Shown here one piece after another: positions 39,233-47,456 of a stretch of DNA of 64,000 nt. Positions within the stretch are counted from its first letter, which is position 1. Each line of letters starts with the position of its first letter. The position numbers and the translations under genes were made by a program. The notes beneath the pieces were generated by a model. The model searched no databases. It was not told the origin of the DNA and worked only from the letters and a program-made list of their open reading frames with translations. Source of the stretch: Acidimicrobiales bacterium (GTDB taxonomy: Bacteria; Actinomycetota; Acidimicrobiia; Acidimicrobiales; SZUA-35); contig JBKECK010000054.1 of NCBI GenBank assembly GCA_047974625.1, forward strand, positions 4,988 to 68,987. The letters are read 5' to 3'.

Positions 39233-40153
39233 ATGAGCAACCAAGAACCCAACTGGTATCCCGATCCCGGCCAACGTCACGAGTACCGCTACTGGGACGG
39301 CACGACGTGGACCGACCACGTCAGCAACGGTGGGGTGACCTCGAGCGAACCGTTGGCGGCACCGCCCCCACCCGGCAACGGGGCCCAACCGCCCCCACCG
39401 GCCGGGACGGCCGCCACGGCGGCCGGTGGCGACGGGCTGGACCGGCTGGAGGATTCGCTCCTGGTGGGCGACTCCAAGCACGCCAAGCAGGTGCGCAAGC
39501 AGATGACGGCCGGGGGCCGCTCCGGGATCGGGCTCCAGGGCCCGGTGGCCGGCGGTGGGGGGACGGTGCTCACCGAACCGATCCTGGTGGTCAACCAGAA
39601 GGCCAAACTGATGGAGCTCACCAACCAGTACCGGGTCTTCGATCAGCACGGCAACCAGATCGCCATGGTCAACCAGGTGGGTCAGAGCAGTATGCGCAAG
39701 GTGCTCCGTCTCATGTCCAACCTCGACTCGTTGCTCACCCACCGTCTCGACGTGACCGACACCAACGGCCACGTCCTGCTCCGGGTCACCCGGCCCGGGA
39801 CGATGTGGAAGTCGACCGTGATCGTGTCCGACGGGGCCGACAACGAGTACGGCCGGATCGTCCAGCAGAACGTGATGGGCAAGATCCGGTTCGCCTTCAA
39901 GTCGGGGGAGACCACCCTCGGGGAGCTGAAGGCCGAGAACTGGCGGGCCTGGAACTTCCGGATCGAGGACACCAACGGGGCCGAGGTGGCCCGGATCACC
40001 AAGACCTGGGAGGGCGTGACCAAGGCCATGTTCACCACGGCCGACAACTATGTGGTCCAGATCCACCAGCGCGCCCCCGATCCGCTGCACCAGCTCATCG
40101 TGGCCAGTGCCCTGTGCATCGACACCACCATGAAGCAGTCCAACGGCAACTAA
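39233..40153 (+). CDS. DUF2510-like N-terminal motif + phospholipid-scramblase-like (Tubby/LURP-one fold) protein
   Basis: ORF 39224..40153, ATG 39233. NWYPDPGQRHEYRYWDGTTWTDHV is the DUF2510-type motif, followed by a Pro/Gly linker. The C-terminus ...RITKTWEGVTKAMFTTADNYVVQI...LIVASALCIDTTMKQ parallels the scramblase C-terminus (KHWTG..REAFTDADNFGIQF...GACFLIDFMFF). Confidence 0.7.
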   Translation: MSNQEPNWYPDPGQRHEYRYWDGTTWTDHVSNGGVTSSEPLAAPPPPGNGAQPPPPAGTAATAAGGDGLDRLEDSLLVGDSKHAKQVRKQMTAGGRSGIGLQGPVAGGGGTVLTEPILVVNQKAKLMELTNQYRVFDQHGNQIAMVNQVGQSSMRKVLRLMSNLDSLLTHRLDVTDTNGHVLLRVTRPGTMWKSTVIVSDGADNEYGRIVQQNVMGKIRFAFKSGETTLGELKAENWRAWNFRIEDTNGAEVARITKTWEGVTKAMFTTADNYVVQIHQRAPDPLHQLIVASALCIDTTMKQSNGN

Positions 40154-40204
40154 CGGACCCGACCCCGCCCGCCCGCCCGTGGAGCCTGGACGCCACCGCC
40201 GGTC

Positions 40205-40238
40205 GTCCCACCCGGCCGGTTCCAGGACCGGGTGGGAC
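40205..40238 (+). terminator. Hairpin ~50 nt after the scramblase-like gene
   Basis: GTCCCACCCGG (40205-40215) and CCGGGTGGGAC (40228-40238) form a perfect 11-bp stem with a 12-nt loop, followed by GCCGACATTTGG. Confidence 0.5.
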
Positions 40239-40457
40239 GCCGACATTTGGGTTCCCGGACGCTCCCCCCTACCGGTATCCGGGCCACCCACCGCGGGGAC
40301 AATGGTGTGACCCGGGCCGGACGGCCGGGTTCCCCGACGGACGCGACCAGCGGATCTGGACCCGCCAGACACCGGAGGTAGCGCTCGTCACTTCACCAGA
40401 GCCGGCGGCCGCGGTCCTGATACAGGATCGAGGAAATTCGCCCGCCGACGGGCCGGT

Positions 40458-40886
40458 TTACCGGTCGGCCTCGAGGTCCCGGATCCGGCGCCGCAGGCCC
40501 TGCTCGTCGGCCCAGCGCTCCGTCTCGTCCCTGACCACGGCGGCGATCCCGGCCGGCCGTCCGTCGTCCCCCGGGATCAGGGACACGGTGAAGGCGATGG
40601 AGTGCCGCTGCCCGTCGGCGTTGAGGGCGGGCACCCGGAGTAGGTCGTCGGCGTAGCGGGTGATCCCCGTCTCCATCGTCTTCTCGTAGCCGGCCCAGTG
40701 GGCGGGCCGTTGTTTCTCCGGAATGATGAGGTCGAGCGACCGTCCGATCGCCTCCTCAGCCGACCAGCCGAACACCCGGGCCGCGGCCCCGTTCCAGTAC
40801 CGGATTGTCCCCTCGGCGTCGCTGATGATGACGGCATCGGCCAGATCATCCATCAGCTGGGCCAGAACCCCCTGTGTCACATCCAT
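40458..40886 (-). CDS. Stand-alone PAS domain protein
   Basis: From ORF 40458..41507(-), ATG 40886. LADAVIISDAEGTIRYWNGAAARVFGWSAEEAIGRSLDLIIPE...GIAAVVRDETE. 142 aa, with no output domain. Confidence 0.8.
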   Translation of the reverse strand: MDVTQGVLAQLMDDLADAVIISDAEGTIRYWNGAAARVFGWSAEEAIGRSLDLIIPEKQRPAHWAGYEKTMETGITRYADDLLRVPALNADGQRHSIAFTVSLIPGDDGRPAGIAAVVRDETERWADEQGLRRRIRDLEADR

Positions 40887-40979
40887 GGGCGTCACCCTAG
40901 TCGGGGCGTCCGGCCTGGGGAGAGGGGGCGGGGAAGGGGGAAGAGGCCGTGCCTCGGGCGGGCGTGGTAGACACCGGGG

Positions 40980-41870
40980 ATGGCTCGTTCCACCCGAGAC
41001 CCCGCTCCCCCGGTGATCATCGAGGCCGCCATCAACGGCGGGACGACGAAGGCCACCAACCCGAACGTGCCGGTCGACGCGGACGAGATCGTCGCCGACG
41101 CCCTGGCCTGTTTCGAGGCCGGCGCTGCCATCGTCCACCACCACATCGGGAGCCGGCCCCGCTCCGGGCCCGAGGCCGCGGACGTCTACCTGGGGATCTG
41201 GCGCCGGGTCCTGGCCGAACGAGCGGATGCCCTGTGGTATCCGACGATCAACTTCGGACCCGAAGAGGCGCGGTACGCCCACATCGCCCCGATGGCCGAG
41301 TCCGGGCTGCTCCGCCTCAGCCTGAGCGACCCCGGACCGGTGAACCTGGGGCGTCCGGACGAGGCGGGCGTGCCCACCGGTGGCTGGACCTACCGCAACA
41401 CCTTCGATCAGATCGCCGAGCAGCTGGCCCTGTGCCACCAGCATCGTCTCGGCCCGAGCTTCGCCATCTACGAACCCGGATTCGCCCGGACGGTGATGGC
41501 CTACCACCGGGCCGGGCGGTTGCCGGGCGGGGCCATGCTCAAGTTCTACCTGGCCGCCGACCGGGGCCTGACCGGCACCCCGTTCGGGTTGCCGGTCACC
41601 ACCACCGCCCTGGCCGCCTACCTGGAGGTCCTGGATGGCGCCGACCTGGCGTGGGCGGTGTCGGCGGTGGGCGACGATCTCGGCCGGTCACCGGTGGTCG
41701 GCCCCGCCCTCGATCTCGGTGGTCACCTCCACGTGGGCCTGGAGTTCTACGGCGGCGACCGGCAACCCAGCAACGTCCAGCTGGTCGAGGAGGCCGTCGC
41801 CGCCGCCTCCGCCGCGGGTCGGCCGGTGGCCGACTGCGCCACGGCGGCCTGGGTGCTGGGCCTGCCCTGA
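40980..41870 (+). CDS. 3-keto-5-aminohexanoate cleavage enzyme family (BKACE) protein
   Basis: VIIEAAINGGTTKATNPNVPVDADEIVADALACFEAGAAIVHHHI is the typical BKACE N-terminus. 296 aa. Confidence 0.8.
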   Translation: MARSTRDPAPPVIIEAAINGGTTKATNPNVPVDADEIVADALACFEAGAAIVHHHIGSRPRSGPEAADVYLGIWRRVLAERADALWYPTINFGPEEARYAHIAPMAESGLLRLSLSDPGPVNLGRPDEAGVPTGGWTYRNTFDQIAEQLALCHQHRLGPSFAIYEPGFARTVMAYHRAGRLPGGAMLKFYLAADRGLTGTPFGLPVTTTALAAYLEVLDGADLAWAVSAVGDDLGRSPVVGPALDLGGHLHVGLEFYGGDRQPSNVQLVEEAVAAASAAGRPVADCATAAWVLGLP

Positions 41871-41908
41871 CCGGCCCTCATCTGGCCCAACCTGGCTCTC
41901 ACCCGTTC

Positions 41909-44149
41909 TCACCCGGCCCCGCACAGGGCGGAACCGGCGGGGCTGAACACCTCGGCCACGGCCTGGTTGGTCGGGTTGACCCCGAAGTCGAGGCCCGCCG
42001 TCTCACCCTGGTCGAGCCAGGTGTCGGTGGTCGGGTCGTAGAGGCCGAAGCCGCCGGCCCGGGTGGACAGGTGCCAGACCGAGAACGAGACCTGGTCGAA
42101 GGATCCGTCGGGAGCCTCGATCCGGTCAAGGGGGCGGCCGTAACCGTCGACGCCCCCGTTGAGACTCCGGAGGGCGGTGACCCGATCGCACATGAGCAGC
42201 TCGGCGTGGCCCCACCCCTTCCAGATGCCGCCGCGGCGGGCGTAGGGAATGACCCCCAGCTCCCCCAGGAACAGGGGCATCCCGGCCGCCTGGGCCACCT
42301 CGTCCTGGGATTCGGTGTTGCGGATCATCCGGTCCCGGGTCCCGGCCCGGACCGGGTCGGGCACCGTATCCGGACAGGGTCGGGGCGTTCCCGAGGCGGA
42401 CCAGGTGACGGGGCTGCCGTAGCAGCCGGTCCGGCGGTCCGATTCCGCCGACACCCCGGTCTTGGCTCCCCGCCAGTACGGCTTGGACGCGGTCACGTCG
42501 CCGTAGCCGTCCTCCGGGCTGGTGTCATGGTCGCGGAGCTCGTCCACCCCGGGCTGATCGGGATCGGCCACGCCGGTGGTATAGCTGTGGGCGGTGTAGA
42601 CCAGGTTCTCCACCACCGGTTCGGCCTGGTACACCGCCCCTACGGCGGCGGCGTCACTGAGCATTCCGCCGTAGAACCCGGTCACCACCAGGGGCTTGGT
42701 GGGCAGGACCTGGCGCAGGCCGGCCGCCCAGGCCTTCTGGATCTCGGCCGCTGTGGCACTGTTGGCGTAGAAGTTCCCCCGGTACGGGTGGGGTTCGTTG
42801 ACCAGTTCGAGGGCGGCGATGCCGGTGAGCCCGGCCGCCTCCTTCCCGGCGATCCAGTCGGCCACGTCCTCGAGGTAGCGGTACGCCAGTTCCTGGCCCC
42901 GGTCGGGGGCCGGGTAGCGGGCATCGGTGGCACCGATGTTCCAGGTGAGCACCTCGAGCGAGTCGTTGGGGTGGTGCTGGTCCTGTACGGGGGCTGAGGT
43001 GGCCCCGCCGAAGTCGAGGGCCGTGGCCGTCATGGCCGTGCCGTCGTTGTTGGTCTGGGGGGCCGACCAGGCGTCGTCCCAGGCCCACTGGGGGATCCAG
43101 AACCCGGCCTGGGCGCCCCCACCCAGGTGGAGGGGGTCGAGGATGACGTCGATGCCTTCGGCCGCCGCCCACTGGAGGAAGGGCAGGATCTCCCGGTCGA
43201 GGTGGTCGGCCACGGACGCGTCCCGGGTCGGTTGCACGTCGGACCAGTGGAGGACGAGGCGGACCGTGTTGAATCGGGTGGCCACCCGAGCCAGATCGGC
43301 CTGGTCCAGGTCCGCGAACGCCGGTACGTCGGCCCGGACCGCGACCGCCTCCCAATGGGCGGGGACAGCCGGATCGGTGGTCCGCACCAGCTCCCAGCGG
43401 CCATGCACCACCGCCGTGGTCCACGGCTCGGCGGGCGGGACGGTGAAGGACGGGGAAGCGGTCCAGTCGCCGTTGACGGCGTGGCGGGTCGGCTCCACCC
43501 ACCAGGTGGCGGTGGTGCCCGCCGCCACCTGGTCGTCGACCAGGCTGATGGTTTGCCCGTCGGCGCCGAGCGCGGACGAGGAGCTGGACCAGAGCACGAA
43601 CTCGGGGTCGGCGCCGTCGACTTGGCGGTGCAGGTTGTAGCCGGCGACCCCGTCCACGGCCGGGAACCTGACCCGGACGGCGCCACCGGCCGGATCCCGC
43701 TCGACGCTCACCGAACCGACCGGCACCGGATCGGGGCCGGCCAGGCAGGTGGCGGCCGGTCCCGGGTCCCATGCCCCGTCCGGGGTGGTCCGGACCACGT
43801 ACCGGGCCGGGCCCTGGGCCAGGTTGCCGTCGTCGACCCAGCTGGTGACGGGCCCGTCGACCCGGCCCCGCCAGTGGCGGCGCGTCGAGGGTTCCACCTG
43901 TCGGTAGACGACGTAGTCGACCCCGGCGACTGCCGACCAGCCAACCCGGTAGGTACCGTCGTGGAGACGGGTGCCGTGGCAGGTGCTCACCGGGGCGGGG
44001 GCGGCCGCGGCCGGCCGGGCCGGTACGACGGTGGTCAGGGCGGCCACCACCAGGGCGGCCACCACCAGGGCGCCGACGGTGGCCGGCACCGGGCCCCGGG
44101 TTCGGGGTCGTCGGGGCGCGACGAAGACGGGTGGAGAACAGGGCGGCAT
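41909..44149 (-). CDS. Secreted glycoside hydrolase family 5-like enzyme with two N-terminal Ig/Fn3-like domains
   Basis: Signal peptide (VGALVVAALVVAALTTVVPARPAAAAPAP). LELVNEP is the acid/base NEP motif and LFLGELG is the nucleophile context. HWSDVQP and YTAHSY are also present. Confidence 0.65.
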   Translation of the reverse strand: MPPCSPPVFVAPRRPRTRGPVPATVGALVVAALVVAALTTVVPARPAAAAPAPVSTCHGTRLHDGTYRVGWSAVAGVDYVVYRQVEPSTRRHWRGRVDGPVTSWVDDGNLAQGPARYVVRTTPDGAWDPGPAATCLAGPDPVPVGSVSVERDPAGGAVRVRFPAVDGVAGYNLHRQVDGADPEFVLWSSSSSALGADGQTISLVDDQVAAGTTATWWVEPTRHAVNGDWTASPSFTVPPAEPWTTAVVHGRWELVRTTDPAVPAHWEAVAVRADVPAFADLDQADLARVATRFNTVRLVLHWSDVQPTRDASVADHLDREILPFLQWAAAEGIDVILDPLHLGGGAQAGFWIPQWAWDDAWSAPQTNNDGTAMTATALDFGGATSAPVQDQHHPNDSLEVLTWNIGATDARYPAPDRGQELAYRYLEDVADWIAGKEAAGLTGIAALELVNEPHPYRGNFYANSATAAEIQKAWAAGLRQVLPTKPLVVTGFYGGMLSDAAAVGAVYQAEPVVENLVYTAHSYTTGVADPDQPGVDELRDHDTSPEDGYGDVTASKPYWRGAKTGVSAESDRRTGCYGSPVTWSASGTPRPCPDTVPDPVRAGTRDRMIRNTESQDEVAQAAGMPLFLGELGVIPYARRGGIWKGWGHAELLMCDRVTALRSLNGGVDGYGRPLDRIEAPDGSFDQVSFSVWHLSTRAGGFGLYDPTTDTWLDQGETAGLDFGVNPTNQAVAEVFSPAGSALCGAG

Positions 44150-44424
44150 GGGGTGGCTCCTGGCTCACCGAAGACGCCCCCCCGGACCGGATCCCACCTG
44201 GTGGGGCGGTTGGGGCCGGGGGCGGCATTGCGGCGGGATGGCGGGTGACGGCCAGTGTCACCGGCCCGTTCCCGCCTGTCAACGACCCCCGTTCGGGTCA
44301 GGCGCGACCCGCTTCGTACCGCCGTTTGCGGGGCCTCCGTGTTGGCCGAAGGCCAATGATAACGATCTGAACCATCCGGACGGACGGGGGTTCCGGGTGC
44401 CCCGGGAGCCGGTCCCCGCCGGGG

Positions 44425-45462
44425 TCAGGTCCGGGTCGGGTACCGCGACCAGACGCCGGTCTCGAAGTCGTGGATCTTGCACTCGCGCGTGGCGCGGAGG
44501 TAGGCGCGCACCGAGATCCGCCGTTCCACGACGTCCGCGGGATGGGCGCGTTGGATGGCGCGGGCGGCCTCGGGTAGGTGGTAGCAAGGGATCCGCATGT
44601 CCACGTGGTGGGGTATGTGGACCATGATCCAGTGGAAGAACAGTTCCCACCCAGGTGGGCCCCACAGGATCGTGGTGCCCTCCACCTGGCCGCGGTAGCG
44701 GTTCCAGTCCCGCCGGGTCCACCAGCGGATGTCAGGGTCGATGTGGTGGACATAGACGACCCAGCCGATGGTCTGGACGAAGAGCAGGAACGGGACGACG
44801 AACAGTTTGACGAAGGTCCACACTCCGGCCCCGATCCCGCTGGACAGTGCAAGGCTGGCCGCCAGAGCCAGAGCGATGAAGGCGACCACCAGCGCCTGGT
44901 CGCGCCGCATGGCCTGGGCCCACCGTTCCGGCGGCCGGAAGGTGACCATCTTGTTGAACCAGACGTCGCGGAGGTAGTAGCTGCCCGAGCCGAGCGGGCC
45001 CCACTCCAGGCGGTGCCGCAGTCGGGCCAGGCAACCCATGCCGTCCCACTCCGCCCGGGTGATCGGATGCCACACGAAGTCCATGCCCTGGCGCAGGGTG
45101 TGGCCGTGGTGGACCCGGTTGTGGCCGAACTTCCACTGCTCGGTGGCGTGCCACGACGGCAGCATGGTGAGCCGGGCCGTGGCCTCGTTCAGCCGGCTGG
45201 AATCGAACAGCGCCCCGTGGGCGGCGTCGTGGCCGAGCACGAACAGGCCGGCGACGGCCAAGCCGGCGAGTAGCCACAGGGGAACCAGCAGCAGGGGGTT
45301 GTCGGTGGACGCCAGACCGCACAGAGCCAGGCCGTAGACGCCCAAGTCCCGTCCGATCAGGAACAGGCCCCGGGCCGTCGAGCGTCGATAACACGAGGAC
45401 GGGATGATGTCGATGACCGGCTTCAGGCCGGTCGGTCTGCCTTCGGGTTCCGTCACGGTCAT
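44425..45462 (-). CDS. Membrane fatty-acid desaturase
   Basis: Three His boxes: HDAAH, HNRVHH and HIPHH. It has 4+ hydrophobic segments. TAGAGT-N6-ATG leaderless-type geometry lies upstream. Confidence 0.85.
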   Translation of the reverse strand: MTVTEPEGRPTGLKPVIDIIPSSCYRRSTARGLFLIGRDLGVYGLALCGLASTDNPLLLVPLWLLAGLAVAGLFVLGHDAAHGALFDSSRLNEATARLTMLPSWHATEQWKFGHNRVHHGHTLRQGMDFVWHPITRAEWDGMGCLARLRHRLEWGPLGSGSYYLRDVWFNKMVTFRPPERWAQAMRRDQALVVAFIALALAASLALSSGIGAGVWTFVKLFVVPFLLFVQTIGWVVYVHHIDPDIRWWTRRDWNRYRGQVEGTTILWGPPGWELFFHWIMVHIPHHVDMRIPCYHLPEAARAIQRAHPADVVERRISVRAYLRATRECKIHDFETGVWSRYPTRT

Positions 45463-45476
45463 GCCGCGACTCTAAG

Positions 45477-45496
45477 CCTACCTACCGGTAGGTAGG
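45477..45496. promoter_or_regulatory. Perfect 20-bp palindrome CCTACCTACCGGTAGGTAGG (candidate operator)
   Basis: Seen directly. It begins 15 nt upstream of the desaturase ATG (45462) and abuts or overlaps the -10-like TAGAGT (plus-strand ACTCTA 45469-45474). Confidence 0.55.
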
Positions 45497-45537
45497 GAGT
45501 GGTCGATCGACACACTGACGACCCCGGGGCGCAAATC

Positions 45538-45563
45538 GGCCCGGCGGGCGATACCGCCGGGCC
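45538..45563 (-). terminator. Hairpin after the acyl-CoA dehydrogenase gene
   Basis: GGCCCGGCGG / CCGCCGGGCC form a perfect 10-bp stem with a 6-nt loop, 43 nt after the stop (45606). On the minus strand it is followed by GATTTGCG. Confidence 0.55.
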
Positions 45564-45605
45564 GATGGCCGCGATAGGCGAACCGGAGCCTGGAGGCCCG
45601 GATGG

Positions 45606-46802
45606 TCAGCGCTGGGTGCCGACCTTCAGGTCCTTGAAGGAGACGCCACGGTCGACGGCGATGTCACGGGGCAGGCCCAGGACCCGGTCACCGATGATGT
45701 TGCGCTGGATCTCGTCGGTGCCACCGGCGATGGAGGAGCTGAACGAGCCCACGGTCTGGCGGGCCAGCTCGCCACCCGCCGGGGTGTCCGCCGACCAGGC
45801 CTGCGAGGCCGGTCCGGCCGCGTTCATCAACATCTCCCGCATCCGCCACTGGATCACCGAGCCGAACAGCTTGCCCAGGGAGCCGCCCGGGCCGGGGGTG
45901 CGGCCGGTCTGCAGCTCGGCCCGAGTACGCAGGGCCATGAGTGACTTGGCCGTCTCCATGGAGTAGATCGTCATCAGGTCCTGGCGGACGTTCGCGTCCT
46001 CCAGGGCGCCGCCGGCCTCGGCCGCCGCCTTCAGCATCTTGTAGTTGGGCTGGCTGATCTTGCCGCCGCCGATGGTGCCGATGGCCACCCGCTCGTACAT
46101 GAGCATGGCCGTGGCCTGGTTCCAGCCGTTGTTGAGCTCGCCGAGGAGGTGGTCGGCCGGGATCCGGACGTCGGTGAAGAACACCTCGTTGAAGTGGCGG
46201 CCACCGTCGATCTGGTGGATAGGCCGCACCTCGACGCCGGGGGCGTCCATCGGGAGGATGAACATCGAGATACCGGCGTGTTTCACCGCGTCGGGGTCGG
46301 TCCGGGCGATCAGGACCGCGTAGTCGCTGATGTGGGCCAGGGTGGTCCACACCTTCTGGCCGTTGATGATCCACTCGTCGCCGTCTCGCTCGGCCTTGGT
46401 CTGCAGGCTGGCCACGTCAGAGCCGGCGCCCGGCTCGGAGAACATCTGGCACCACAGGGTTCGCCCGGCGATGTTGTCGGGCATGTAGGTCTTGCGCTGC
46501 TCGTCGGTCCCGAAGTCGTTCAGGACGGGCAGGCACATGCCGTGGCTGATGATGAACTCGTTGTTCATCGTGGGGAACTTGGCCGACTCCTCCCGGAAGA
46601 TCCGGTCGTGGGCCTTGGAGAGTCCGGCGCCTCCGAACGCCGCGTCGTACACGATGCCGGCCAACCCGGCCTCGGCCAGGGCCTCCTGGAACCCCTTCTG
46701 GGTGGGGTAGTCGGCGTTGGGGGCGGTGTTGTCAGCCAGGAACTCTCGGACCTTGGTCCTGAACTCCTCGGCTTCGCTGGTGCTGAGTTCTGCGTTGGCC
46801 AT
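45606..46802 (-). CDS. Acyl-CoA dehydrogenase
   Basis: From ORF 45606..48497(-), ATG 46802. WCQMFSEPGAGSD, DGDEWIINGQKVWTT and SIAGGTDEIQRNIIGDRVLGLP. Confidence 0.9.
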   Translation of the reverse strand: MANAELSTSEAEEFRTKVREFLADNTAPNADYPTQKGFQEALAEAGLAGIVYDAAFGGAGLSKAHDRIFREESAKFPTMNNEFIISHGMCLPVLNDFGTDEQRKTYMPDNIAGRTLWCQMFSEPGAGSDVASLQTKAERDGDEWIINGQKVWTTLAHISDYAVLIARTDPDAVKHAGISMFILPMDAPGVEVRPIHQIDGGRHFNEVFFTDVRIPADHLLGELNNGWNQATAMLMYERVAIGTIGGGKISQPNYKMLKAAAEAGGALEDANVRQDLMTIYSMETAKSLMALRTRAELQTGRTPGPGGSLGKLFGSVIQWRMREMLMNAAGPASQAWSADTPAGGELARQTVGSFSSSIAGGTDEIQRNIIGDRVLGLPRDIAVDRGVSFKDLKVGTQR

Positions 46803-46829
46803 GGCGAGATTGTATGCTGCAATACAGTC
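46803..46829. promoter_or_regulatory. 27-bp divergent start-to-start spacer with TACAAT-N6-ATG (minus) and inverted repeat TGTAT-N6-ATACA
   Basis: Seen directly. Plus-strand ATTGTA at 46809-46814 reads TACAAT on the minus strand, exactly 6 nt from ATG 46802. The inverted repeat is 46811-46815 / 46822-46826. The whole spacer is AT-rich. Confidence 0.5.
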
Positions 46830-47417
46830 ATGAGCCAGACAGGTTCCCGAAACGGGCCAGAGCACGAACTGGACGCCCCACCGTGGTTGCGGGTCGAGTC
46901 CACGCTCATGGCCACCGCTCGTCGCATCCGGGAGGCGTATGACGCCGCCCTCAACACCCTGGAGCTCAACCTGACCACCGCGTCCCTCCTCGCCTACGTA
47001 ACCGAGCAGGGTCCGATCACCCAGACGGCCCTGGCCGAACGGATCGGGGTCGGGCGGGCCGCGGCGGGGAGCGCCATCGACCGCCTCGAGGCGCGGGGCC
47101 TGCTCACCCGAACGGCCGACGAACGGGACCGCCGGGTCCGGTTGGTCGATGTGACTTCCGACGGGCGGGCCACCGCCAATCAGATCACCGACATCGACGG
47201 TCGGCTCCGGGAACGGCTCCGCCACGACGTCACCCGCCAGGAACGTCAGCAGTTGGCGTCCCTCCTGGTCAGGCTGCAACGAAACGCGGTCACCGCCACC
47301 ACCGAACTGGTGGTAGACGGTGCCCCCACGATCCGGCCATCCGGCCCAGACGGCATCGTCGCCGACAATCCCGCCGCGGCGGCCGATGGTCACACCGTTC
47401 ACCGCAACGACACCTGA
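46830..47417 (+). CDS. MarR family transcriptional regulator
   Basis: From ORF 46149..47417, ATG 46830. LTTASLLAYVTEQGPITQTALAERIGVGRAAAGSAIDRLEARGLLTRTADERDRRVRLV is a winged HTH. Confidence 0.85.
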   Translation: MSQTGSRNGPEHELDAPPWLRVESTLMATARRIREAYDAALNTLELNLTTASLLAYVTEQGPITQTALAERIGVGRAAAGSAIDRLEARGLLTRTADERDRRVRLVDVTSDGRATANQITDIDGRLRERLRHDVTRQERQQLASLLVRLQRNAVTATTELVVDGAPTIRPSGPDGIVADNPAAAADGHTVHRNDT

Positions 47418-47456
47418 GACCACCAGAATTCCCTTCAGAAAGCAGAGGATCCCCCC

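Noticed and set aside
40170-40310. 45-codon GTG-initiated ORF in the 304-bp convergent gap between the scramblase-like and PAS genes
   Set aside because: The translation is Arg/Ser/Pro-rich, there is no ribosome-binding site, and the ORF spans the terminator-like hairpin at 40205-40238.
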